Source: an uncultured Actinomycetes bacterium (GTDB taxonomy: Bacteria > Actinomycetota > Acidimicrobiia > IMCC26256 > PALSA-610). Taken from it: a stretch of 64,000 bases of DNA. Under the pieces are notes generated by a model. The model was given only the letters and a program-made list of their open reading frames with translations, was not told the origin of the DNA and did no database searches. Shown in pieces: positions 11,301 through 20,339 of the stretch. The stretch's first letter is position 1; each line of letters starts with the position of its first letter. A program made the position numbers and the translations under genes. The stretch is from positions 2,269,378-2,333,377 of the forward strand of contig CAWIVQ010000003.1 of NCBI GenBank assembly GCA_963839575.1, given 5' to 3'.

Positions 11301-12438
11301 GCGCGCCGGATCACCGATCACGCCGACGGCGGCGTTGGCGAACGGTCGGTACTCGATCCATCTCGCCGGGCTGACCGACACCGGGGGCGAGACGCTCGCC
11401 GACGCGGGCACGACGTTCACCGTCGGCCCCGCGCCCGACGAGATCGCGCCGCAGACCACGCTGCACTCGCCGCCGTCGGGGTTCCGCACGAGCGCGACCG
11501 CCACGCTGTCGTTCAGCGCGAACGAGGCGCGGTTCGGCGTTCTGGTGCAGCGACAACAATCAGCCGTACCACGTGTGCACGTCACCGCAACAGCGTCACC
11601 GCGACCGCCGGGGACGCACTCGTTCCGGGTGTTCGCGCGCGACGTTGCCGGCAACGAGGATCCGACCCCGGCGCTGGCGACGTGGACGTACCGCCTCGCC
11701 GGTGCACGGCTACTGGATGCTCGGGGGTACGGGCACGATCTATCACTTCGGCAACGCCCCGGGCCTCGGGAACGCGTCGACCGCGTACGCGGCCGACGTC
11801 GACGTCTCCGTCTCGGGCTACGGCTACTGGATCGTCGACGCCGTCGGCCGGGTGTTCGCCTTCGGCGACGCCCGGTCGTACGGCAACGCGCCGGCGCTCG
11901 GCGCCGGCGATTCCGTGACGAGCATCAGCCGGACCGCTACCGGGAACGGCTACTGGCTGTTCACCCGGCGCGGGAGGGTGTACCCGTTCGGCGACGCGCA
12001 CTTCTACGGCGACCTGCGCAGCGTCGCGCTCAACGGCGGCGTGGTCGATTCGGTCCGGACGCCGTCGGGCCACGGCTACTACATGGTCGCGTCGGACGGC
12101 GGAGTGTTCTCCTTCGGCGACGCGCGCTTCCACGGATCGACCGGGCGGCACGAAGCTCAACCAGCCCGTCGTGGGACTCGTCGCCGACTCCCGACGGCCG
12201 CGGCTACTGGCTCGTCGCGGCCGACGGCGGCGTGTTCGCGTTCTCGGCGCCGTTCCGCGGCTCGATGGGCGGCGTGCACCTCAACCGGCCGATCGTGGGC
12301 ATGGTCGCGTTCGGGAACGGCTACCTGATGGTCGGCGCCGACGGCGGCATCTTCGACTTCTCGACCAAGCCGTTCCTCGGATCGCTCGGCGGCAACCCGC
12401 CCGCGGTGCCGATCGTCTCGGTCGCCGCAATCGGCTGA
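8388..12438 (+). CDS. giant secreted multidomain protein: signal peptide, S8 subtilase, PPC domain, FG-GAP/VCBS repeats, Ig-like domains, 6 GYW-type repeats (more than 10 frame changes)
   Basis: [22 protein letters not shown] signal. Catalytic triad [44 protein letters not shown]...DEDWYRV (PPC). Repeats [47 protein letters not shown]. Ig-like [22 protein letters not shown]. Then [14 protein letters not shown] repeats up to the stop at 12438. Confidence 0.7.
11704..12438 (+). repeat. six tandem ~42-aa GYW / DGG(V/I)F.FGDA.F.GS coding repeats (putative beta-propeller blades)
   Basis: [142 protein letters not shown]. Confidence 0.8.
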
Positions 12439-12479
12439 CGTCCGCGACGCACCCGGTCGGCCGCGGTCGACGGTGTTCG

Positions 12480-13173
12480 TCAGCGAACGACGGCCGCGGT
12501 CTCGGCGCCCGTCTCGGTCTCGGACGCGTTCTCGGACGTCGCGGTCGTCGTCGCGCTCCGCCGCGGCGCAGCCCCGCTTCCGCCGGCGCGGAGTCGCGGA
12601 TGGCGCCGCCCGGGGGATCCGCTCGCGGCTCGCGCGCCGGCGCCGAGCGGCGGGGCGCCAGGACCCGGAAGGTGACCAGCAAGAACACGAACAGGCCGCC
12701 GGTGAGCGCGACCCACTGGACCGCGAGATTCCGGTTGTCGGCGCCCGACGTGAATCCGTGCACGGTCGCGAGCACGAACATCGGGATGCTCGTGAGGTGC
12801 ACGGCGTGCCAGAGCTTGCGCGGCAGCTTCTTCATCATCCACGACGTGAGCTGGATCGCGACGAGCAGGTACGTCGCGGCGATGCCCCACGCGACCGCGC
12901 CCGGGCGCCACGGCGGAGGCGAACGGTACGAACAGCTCGCGCGGGCCGAAGTAGACGAAGTTGTCGGCCCACAGCGCGACGATGTGCACGCCGACGAACA
13001 CGATCGACAGCGTCCCGAGGAACTTGTGCAGATCGAGCAGCCACGCCGGCACGCCCTTGCGCCGGATGAGGCGGGTCGACAGCGCGAGTCCCCAGAGGAT
13101 GCTGAGCGTCACGATCGACCCACGCGACCAATCCCGACGCGCGCGCCGCGTACCACGAGAGCTTCGGGTTCAA
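12480..13173 (-). CDS. ferric-reductase-like transmembrane domain protein (di-heme cytochrome b, MsrQ/YedZ-like), 2-3 frame changes
   Basis: NPKLSWYAARASGLVAW, HKFLGTLSIVFVGVHIVALW and HAVHLTSIPMFVLATVHGF (two His pairs, each with 13 intervening residues) are spread over three frames. The 3' end is uncertain. Confidence 0.7.
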
Positions 13174-13194
13174 CTCGCCGAGCAGCGACGAGCG

Positions 13195-14100
13195 TCACGT
13201 CGCCGGTCCCGATTCGACGCATCCCGCCGTCGTCGAGGAAGAGCCACGCCGACACCCGCGGCGTGCTCCGCGAGGCGCGTCCCGGCGTCGGCGCCGCCGA
13301 TGACGATCGACTTCGCGATCCCCTCCGCCCACCACGCGTCGCGGGCGGCCACGACGACGGCCGCGACCCCGGACGCGGGCCGAGTCGCCCGTCGCGGGGT
13401 CGATGAGGTGGTGGTACCGGCGACCGCCCCGCGTCCAGCCGCGGATGCGGGTCGGTGCTGGTGACGATCGCGCCGTCGCGAGCGGGAACCGGAACGCGAC
13501 GCGCGCCTCGTCGAGCGGATCGAGCACCGGGAACGTCCCACCAGCCGGCGCGGCGGCGGTTCGCCGCGGGCGCGGAGGTCGCCGCCCATGCCGACGAGCG
13601 CGGTGCGGGCGCCGCGGTCGACGAGGCCGCGCGCGACGAGATCGGCCGCGAGGCCCTTGCCGACACCGCCGAGATCGAGGCGGACGCCGCGGCGGGAGCC
13701 GGACGCGCGAGCGTTCCTCGTCGATCTCGACCGCGCCGAAACCGGGCGCGGGGATGCGTGCGGCCTCGTCATCGGCCGATGCCGCGACATGCTCGAACGT
13801 CCGGTCGTAGCCGACCGCTTCGAGCGCGTCGAGGATCGTCGGGATCGAACGTCCGTCGGTCGCGCGGTGCAGATCGGCCGCGCACGTGAGTGCGAGCAGC
13901 ATCGACCCGCTCACGTCGGTCCACTCGCCCGCGCCGGCGTTGAGCGCGGCGAGCTCGCTGTCGCGGCGGAACCGGCTCCAACACTGTTCGAGCCGTTCGA
14001 GCTCGGCGAACGCCCAGTCGACGACGCCGTCGGGCGCGTCGCCGACGACGACGTGCGCGTCGCTTCCCATCGCGCGGGCGTGGCGCTCGACCAGTACGCG
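13195..14100 (-). CDS. apbE: FAD:protein FMN transferase ApbE (at least 4 frame changes)
   Basis: ERHARAMGSDAHVVV, LDLGGVGKGLAADLVARGL, YHHLIDPATG and AARDAWWAEGIAKS are spread over three frames in ApbE order. The start is uncertain (ATG 14070 or slightly upstream). Confidence 0.75.
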   Translation of the reverse strand, partial: RVLVERHARAMGSDAHVVVGDAPDGVVDWAFAELERLEQCWSRFRRDSELAALNAGAGEWTDVSGSMLLALTCAADLHRATDGRSIPTILDALEAVGYDRTFEHVAASADDEAARIPAPGFGAVEIDEERSRVRLPPRRPPRSRRCRQGPRGRSRRARPRRPRRPHRARRHGRRPPRPRRTAAAPAGGTFPVLDPLDEARVAFRFPLATARSSPAPTRIRGWTRGGRRYHHLIDPATGDSARVRGRGRRRGRPRRVVGGGDREVDRHRRRRRRDAPRGARRGCRRGSSSTTAGCVESGPAT

Positions 14101-14142
14101 TTCGCCGGCGCGTCGCGGACGGATCGACTGTCGGTGTGCCGG

Positions 14143-14921
14143 TCACGGGCACTTGGATCCGGTGCACGGCGGCGGCGGGGGCGGCGGAGGTGTGGTGACG
14201 ACCGGCGTCGGCGCGTTGGTGGCCGGGGGCGTGGTCGGCCGGGGCTGACGTGCGGCGTGGTCGGCGCCGGCCCCGGGTCGGCTGCGACGGCGCGGCGCGG
14301 GCGACGGGCGCGGGCGCGCCGGGAGTGCTCGGGCTCGCGAAGCCTCCGCCGCCCGACCGACGGCGCGGGCGTGCCGGACCCCGGGTTGGGTGACGACGGC
14401 GCCGGCCACCCCGAAGTACCCGCACCGCTCGGGTTCTTCGGTCCCGTGCCGGCCGCGGGTTGGGTCGCGGCCGGCACGGTCGTGAGGCCCTTCGGCAACG
14501 ACGGGGCCGCGACCGGGCGACCCCACTGATCGACGTAGACCACGTGATGCACGTCTTTGACGACGACCTTCGGCGGCGGTGCGGGTCGCGTGGTCGGTGG
14601 ACCCGCGGCGACGGCGCGCGCTCGACGACGCGGCCGATGCCGGCGCCTGCGCTCCGAACGCCGCGACCATCGAGAGGAACGCCGACGACGACAGCCCGAC
14701 GCTGAGGATCCGGCCCGCGGCCGCCGGATGGCGGCGCCGGGCGCGCTGCGCGGATGGGGACGAAGTCGCAGCCGAGGGGTGGTCTCACTCGCTGGTGTGG
14801 GCGTCGGCACGAGGGTCGGTGCGAAGCCGCCGCCGCGGTGCGCGGCGTTGGCGCGGCTCCGGCGGCCTTGCGGGCGGCGAGCCGCGCGAGGCGCTCGTCG
14901 AATCGGGGTTCGCTCGGTCAT
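14143..14921 (-). CDS. membrane-anchored Pro/Thr-rich hypothetical protein (paralog of next gene; several frame changes)
   Basis: ATG 14921 lies 9 nt after the upstream stop. Rebuilt sequence has a basic N-terminus, the hydrophobic segment FLSMVAAFGAQAPASAA, KVVVKDVHHVVYVDQWGRPV, a long P/T/G-rich region and the end PPPPPPPPCTGSKCP. Confidence 0.45.
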
Positions 14922-14931
14922 GCCCGCCGCC

Positions 14932-15538
14932 TCAGTGGTCGCAGTTCCACACGCCGTTGTCCTCGAGCTGCGGCTGACGCAGTTCGGCGGCATCGGCGGG
15001 ATCGGCTTGTTCTTCGGCCAGTCCTTCGGCACCCCGACCGGCCAGGTCGTGGTCGTCGTGGCGGGATGGTCGTCGCCGGCGACGGCGGGGTCGTTTGCGT
15101 GGTCGGGGCGGCCGGTCGAGTCGTCGGCGTGGTCCGGGCCGGCGCCGGTGGTTGGCGGTCGTCCCGGGGTCGCGAGGATGCGGGCTGCGAGGTCGGCGTC
15201 GTCGTATCGCTCGCGGTCCCGCCGCCGGGAGTCGTCAGGCTCGCGCCGGTGGGGCCCGCGACGCCGCCGCTGACCCGTGACGGCGCAGATCCACTACCCG
15301 CCGCCGCGCTCCCGCTCTCGCCGTTGGCCGTCTCGACGACGTAGCGGTCGTAGATGTCCCGGCGTTCGACGACGACGCCCGGTTTCGCGGCCGCCGCGAC
15401 GGCCGCGCTCGCATGGTGGCGGGCGCCGCCGCCGAAGCCGAGGAACGAGGCGCCGGTGACCGATGCGCCGGCGACGATGCTGCTTCCGAGCACGAGCGTT
15501 GCCGCGCTGGCCGCGGCGAGTGCCGTTCTTCTTTCCAT
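14932..15538 (-). CDS. secreted/membrane-anchored Pro/Thr-rich hypothetical protein (frame change near the 3' end)
   Basis: MERRTALAAASAATLVLGSSIVAGASVTGASF signal/anchor, KPGVVVERRDIYDRYVVETANG, a T/P-rich tract, and the rebuilt C-terminus KPIPPMPPNCV.QPQLEDNGVWNCDH. Confidence 0.5.
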
Positions 15539-15664
15539 CGGGTTCCCCCCTCGACGTGACTCCAGGGTGTTTCGGCGGTTTTGGCCTCGGGACTCAAGTA
15601 CTTCGACCGAGGTTTTCGCCGGCCTTATACCGGACTTGTGGTCGAGAAGGTGCCGATCCGGTGG

Positions 15665-16293
15665 CTAGTGCTGGGGGCGGACGACGATGATCGGGGTCAG
15701 CTCGTCGTTCTGGCCGAGCGGATTGTCGAGCAGCACCTCGCGCACGGCTGGCGCGCGACCGGGAACCCGCTGCTCGTGCCGAGCACCTCGACGTTGATGT
15801 TGTTGGCATCGACGATCGCGACGGGCGTCCCCACGTGTGGCGCGATCTCTTCCGCGGCGGCGTCGGGATCGGCCGGGCCGAGCATCGCGAACTCGTCGAA
15901 CGGCTTCACGGTCGCGGGGCTGAAGCCGTCGATCTCGGAGATGCGATGGCCGGCGACCCGGTAGAAGTCGCCCCGGCGCCGGAGGACGAATCGGGTGAAC
16001 GAGCCGATGATCATCGCGAACAACATGCGCCACCAGCCCGCCTGCATGATCGCGACCTGCATCTTGCGCGGATCCGAGTAGCCGACGTCGTCGGGGTGTT
16101 TGGTGACGCCTTTGACGAGGAGCTTGGCGAGCACGCCGGGGCGGACGACGGAGTGATGGATCACGCGGCCCTGCGAGATCGTGACGAACTTCTCCGAGAC
16201 CGCGAGCCAGTCGCCCGGTTGCAGCACCGGCTTCACGTACTCGTCGAAGACGGGCTCGAGTGGTTCTTTGATGTGGATCAGATGCGTTTGCAC
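15665..16293 (-). CDS. CofE-like (F420-0:gamma-glutamyl ligase family) protein, one frame change near 15760
   Basis: LAVSEKFVTISQGRVIH...VAIVDANNINVEVLGTSSG is typical of the PF01996-type fold. The C-terminus REVLLDNPLGQNDELTPIIVVRPQH is in a second frame. Confidence 0.65.
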
Positions 16294-16335
16294 CGGGATC
16301 CGCTCGTAGTCGACGCCCTCGGCGTCGGCGCGTCG

Positions 16336-18159
16336 TCATACCGCGACCGCCTGATCCATGTAGCGGCGCATCCAGAGCTCGGTCACGAGCACGCGCCAGA
16401 AGATGAGGCCGTCGCCGGGTCGACCGGCGAGGTACTCGTCCCAGGAGGTGACGAGCTGCGCCGGGTTGTAGAGATCGCGCGCTGCCAGCTCGGGCGACGA
16501 GAAGACGGCGCGGATCTCGCGCGCCTTGGCCTTCATCCACGTGATGTCGGGGTTCGTGAACCCGACCTTCGAGCGGCGGAGCCGATTCTTGTCCGGCATG
16601 CGGCCCTTCATCGCGTTGCGGTACACCGCGCGGTTCCAACCGCCCTTGATCTTCTGGTCGATCGGCAGCGAGAAGATGAACTCGACCAGCTCGTGGTCGA
16701 GGAACGGGACGCGGGCCTCGATCGAGAACGCCATCGAGTTCTTGTCCTCGTAGCGGAGGAGGTCGGGCGTCGAGTACTGGAGCACGTCGCTCGCGAGGCG
16801 CTCGTTGAGGTTCTTGTGCGAGTGGAACTGCACGCCGGCCGCCGAGCCGGGCTGGAGCAGCTCGCGCGCGTTCACCGGGTTGGCGCCGCGCTGCGGCAGC
16901 TTGGAGCGGATGAGCTCACCGGCGTACTTCTTGTAGAGGTCGCGACCCTTGACGATCTCGCGCCCGGCCGCGAGGTAGTGGCGCTGCGCGATCGCGGAGC
17001 TGAGGTACGCGCGGAAGTAGGGGATGTAACCGGCGAGCAACTCGTCGCCGCCGTTGCCGCTCACCATGACCTTCACGTACTGGCTCGCGAGCCGGTACAC
17101 GGAGTAGTAGGCGTAGGGCGCGGAGGCGATCGTCGGCTCCTCCTGGTACCAGATCCACTCGTCGATCTCGTTCCAGAAGTCGTCGAGCTTGGGGTACGCG
17201 TAGTGCGGGATGCTGCCGACCGCACGCTCGACCTCGTGGATGTATTCGCTCTCGTCGATCGTCTCGCCCGGGAACAGGGCGGAGAAGGTGAAGAGGCCGG
17301 ACGTGTGCAGGTCGGTGCCGCTCGACATGAGGCGCGCCATGGTGGTCGCGACGCCGCTCGAGTCGAGCCCGCCCGACAGCGGCACGCCGACCGGCACGTC
17401 GGAGATGAGATGGCGCTTCACCACGCCGTCCCACCGGCTCGCGAACTCCTGCGCGTAGTCGTCGTCGGAGCGGCTCGACGCGAACTCCGGATTGACCGGT
17501 GGGTTCCAGTAGCGCTCGATCTTCACGATGCCGTCGGGTCGGACCAGCATCGTGTGGGCCGGGAGCAGCCGCTTCACGCCGTCGAAGAAGGTGTCTTCAC
17601 CCTCGTCGTGCAGGCGGAACAGGAGGAAGCGCCTCACCGCGTCGGCGTCGGGCCGGCGCGGTACCCGGGCGTCTTGGAAGAGCGCTTTCAGCTCGGATCC
17701 GAACGCGAAGCCGTTCGGGCCGTCGACGTAGTAGAGGGGCTTGATGCCGAGGCGGTCGCGCGCGAGGAACAGCTCACCGCGTTCGTGATCGGAGATCGCG
17801 AACGCGAACATGCCCGTCAGGCGGTCGACCACACTGCGGCCCCACTCCTCGAAGCCCCGCAGGATGACCTCGGTGTCGGAGTGGTCGGTGACGAAACGCC
17901 GGCCCCGCTGCTCCAGCTCCCGGCGGAGCTCGGCGTGGTTGTAGATCTCGCCGTTGAAGACGAGCGCGAGGTTGCCGTCGTCGCTGTAGAGCGGCTGATC
18001 GCCGGTGGCGACGTCGATGATCGCGAGCCGCCGCATCCCGATCGAGAAGTGGCGGCCGATGTCGGTGCCCTGACCATCGGGGCCGCGGTGCACGATCGAA
18101 CGCAACATGCGTTCCAAGAGCTCGGGATCGGAGCCGGCGAAGCCGACGATGCCACACAT
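16336..18159 (-). CDS. asnB: asparagine synthetase (glutamine-hydrolysing)
   Basis: Intact 607-aa ORF. MCGIVGF carries the N-terminal nucleophile Cys2. Also GMRRLAIID and the SGGLDSS PP-loop. Confidence 0.9.
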   Translation of the reverse strand: MCGIVGFAGSDPELLERMLRSIVHRGPDGQGTDIGRHFSIGMRRLAIIDVATGDQPLYSDDGNLALVFNGEIYNHAELRRELEQRGRRFVTDHSDTEVILRGFEEWGRSVVDRLTGMFAFAISDHERGELFLARDRLGIKPLYYVDGPNGFAFGSELKALFQDARVPRRPDADAVRRFLLFRLHDEGEDTFFDGVKRLLPAHTMLVRPDGIVKIERYWNPPVNPEFASSRSDDDYAQEFASRWDGVVKRHLISDVPVGVPLSGGLDSSGVATTMARLMSSGTDLHTSGLFTFSALFPGETIDESEYIHEVERAVGSIPHYAYPKLDDFWNEIDEWIWYQEEPTIASAPYAYYSVYRLASQYVKVMVSGNGGDELLAGYIPYFRAYLSSAIAQRHYLAAGREIVKGRDLYKKYAGELIRSKLPQRGANPVNARELLQPGSAAGVQFHSHKNLNERLASDVLQYSTPDLLRYEDKNSMAFSIEARVPFLDHELVEFIFSLPIDQKIKGGWNRAVYRNAMKGRMPDKNRLRRSKVGFTNPDITWMKAKAREIRAVFSSPELAARDLYNPAQLVTSWDEYLAGRPGDGLIFWRVLVTELWMRRYMDQAVAV

Positions 18160-18211
18160 CGCGGTCAGCCTACGGGTGGCGCGCGGCCGCCGGGGGCCTG
18201 GCCGCTTCCGA

Positions 18212-18875
18212 TCAGTCGGGTTCGGGTGGGGCCAACGTGGTCGGTCCCACGTGGCGGTCGAGCCACCGGTTCACGGGTGCGGCGTCACGCCAGGCCCCGA
18301 CGATGCGGTCGGCCGCGCCCGCCGTGTGCAGCCAGCGCGGCGCGCCGAAGCCGCGGCCGACGTGCAGGCCCTTCATACGCAGCAATTCCGCGCGCGGATG
18401 ATCGGGGTCGAATCCGCGTGGTGCGCGCTTCAGCGACTCGCGCGTTCCGACCTCGTACTTCTCGGCGCGCGACGGCCGCGACGGCGGCCGCGAGCTTCGG
18501 GCCGGTCCGGTGGTCGGCCACCGCGTCACGAAAGCGCGCCAGCTGATCGCTCTGCAGGTGGTAGTACCCGCTGGCGGTCCACAACCCCTCCCCGGAGATC
18601 TGTACGTAGTACGACGCGCCGCCCTCACTCTCGGTTACCGCCGCCGCGGCCGTCTTGTACGGCGTCTTGTCCTTGGAGAAGCGTGTATCGCGGTTGGGCC
18701 GGAACATCCGCAGCGGACCGAACTCCCGCTCGATCAGGGTCGACAACTCGAGGAACGGCGCCTTGACGCATTCGTCGTAGACGGCTCGGTTCGCCTGCCA
18801 GAACGCCTTCGAATTGTCGGCCTCGAGCCCGACGTAGAGCTCCAGGGCCGCGTCGGGCCAACCCCTGAACGTCAC
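18212..18875 (-). CDS. DUF2461 / TIGR02453 family protein (one frame change near 18480)
   Basis: FRGWPDAALELYVGLEADNSKAFWQANRAVYDE...RMFRPNRDTRFSKDKTPYKT. GTG 18875-18873 overlaps the TGA of the upstream LigD-Pol gene. Confidence 0.75.
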
Positions 18876-19897
18876 TCGGCACTCTTTTGCTTGCGCGCAC
18901 GGCTCGGCGCCACGCGTGGCGGCTCGCCCGGCATCTTCGGGTACACCGGTGGCCACGGTGCATCCGGCATCCCGTTGGCGAGGTCGCGTTCGTACATGGC
19001 CAACAGCGGGGCAATCGATTGTGGCTCGGCCGGCATGTCGGCCCACGGATCGCCGAGCCGTTCGACGCGCTCGGGCACCGTCGCGATCGTGAGCGCGTCG
19101 GGCACGATGGTCTCGAGCTCGCTCCACGCGAAGGGTGTCGAAACCTGCACGCCTTCGCGCGCGCGTGCGCACCATGCACCGAAGATCGTCTTGTGAGGCG
19201 CGTTCTGGTTGAAATCGATGAAGATGCGCTCGCCGCGCTCTTCCTTCCACCACGCGTCGGTGATGCGCTCCGGGTTCCGGCGGGCGAGCTCGCGCGCGGC
19301 CGCCACGGCCGCGGCCCGCACCTGGATCGAGTCCCATTGCGGAAGGAGACGCACGTATATGTGGATACCGCGGCTCCCCGTGGTCTTCGGGTGCGCGTCG
19401 ATCCCCAGCTCGTCGAAGAACGCGTGCACGTCGCTGGCGACGGCGCGGGCGTCGTCGAAGGTCGTGCCCGGTTGCGGATCGAGGTCGATGCGCAACTCGT
19501 CGGCGTGCTCGGGGTCGCCCGCGTGGCTCGGCCACACGTGAAAGCCCAGGCATCCCAAGTTCACGGCCCACGCGATATGCGCGAGGTCCGCCGCCACCAG
19601 TGCCCGCGACGTCGTGCCGTTCGGCGTGCTCACGATCGTGGTTTCGAGCCATTCGGGCGCGTTCTCGGGTACTCGCTTTTGGAAGAACGACGACCCGGTC
19701 GCGCCGTGCGGGAACCGCTGCATCAGCACCGGCCGACCGCCGATGGTGCGCATGATCGGCGCGGCTACGGCGAGGTAGTAGTTCACGAGGTCGAGCTTCG
19801 TCTCGCCCCGTTCGGGGAACAGGATCTTCCCCGGGCTCGAGATGCGCACCGCGCGCCCGTCGATCTCGAGCCCGATCGCGTCATCGCCGCGCGCCAC
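18872..19897 (-). CDS. stand-alone LigD polymerase/primase domain protein (NHEJ PolDom)
   Basis: Intact 341-aa ORF. ISSPGKILFPERGETKLDLVNYY, RFPHG, LRIDLDP, KTTGSRGIHIYV and IFIDFNQN are typical of LigD-Pol. Confidence 0.9.
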   Translation of the reverse strand: MARGDDAIGLEIDGRAVRISSPGKILFPERGETKLDLVNYYLAVAAPIMRTIGGRPVLMQRFPHGATGSSFFQKRVPENAPEWLETTIVSTPNGTTSRALVAADLAHIAWAVNLGCLGFHVWPSHAGDPEHADELRIDLDPQPGTTFDDARAVASDVHAFFDELGIDAHPKTTGSRGIHIYVRLLPQWDSIQVRAAAVAAARELARRNPERITDAWWKEERGERIFIDFNQNAPHKTIFGAWCARAREGVQVSTPFAWSELETIVPDALTIATVPERVERLGDPWADMPAEPQSIAPLLAMYERDLANGMPDAPWPPVYPKMPGEPPRVAPSRARKQKSAE

Positions 19898-20010
19898 GAC
19901 CGAACGCTATCGCCGCTCCGGTTCTTCTGCGTCGAGTCTCCGACCCGTCGCGCTTCAGCCAACGCTTTTCCGGTCTCGACACCGCGGGCGGTGGGCGCGC
20001 ACCTCGCAAC

Positions 20011-20339
20011 TCACGGTTTCGAGGCGCCGCCGCCGCTGCCGTTGACGAAGACGAATTGCGGCAGCGCATTGTTGGTCTTGAGCCGGACGCTCGCATGGAC
20101 GGCGTTCGGGTTCTCGCATTCACCCCAGAGCCCGCCGATGTTGGGCACTGAACCGAGAAGCACCACCTCGCCCCGGTTGATCAAGACGAGACCCGATTGC
20201 GACACGGCCCCGCTGCCGTGCACGAAATTGCTTTGTGAGACCCCGCCACCCCGCTGCCCGCGAACGCCGCAGTCGCCGTGAGCACCACCAGGCTGACGAC
20301 GCTCCCGAGCACGACACCTTTCGAGAACGTTGCCTTCAC
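20011..20339 (-). CDS. small secreted hypothetical protein (one frame change near 20225)
   Basis: AGGAAGAGG lies 7 nt before GTG. VKATFSKGVVLGSVVSLVVLTATAAFAGSG signal, then GSGAVSQSGLVLINRGEVVLLGSVPNIGGLWGECENPNAVHASVRL. Confidence 0.5.

Noticed and set aside
16336-18159. AsnB homologue as a lasso-peptide cyclase or other RiPP enzyme.
   Set aside because: It keeps the MCGIVG glutaminase nucleophile and full-length housekeeping-type architecture. No precursor peptide, transglutaminase-like protease or RRE gene is nearby.
18400-18430. tRNA-like T-loop string GGGTCGAATCCGCG.
   Set aside because: It lies inside the DUF2461 coding sequence with no cloverleaf-compatible flanks. No GGTTCGAATCC-type tRNA signature was found anywhere in the window.
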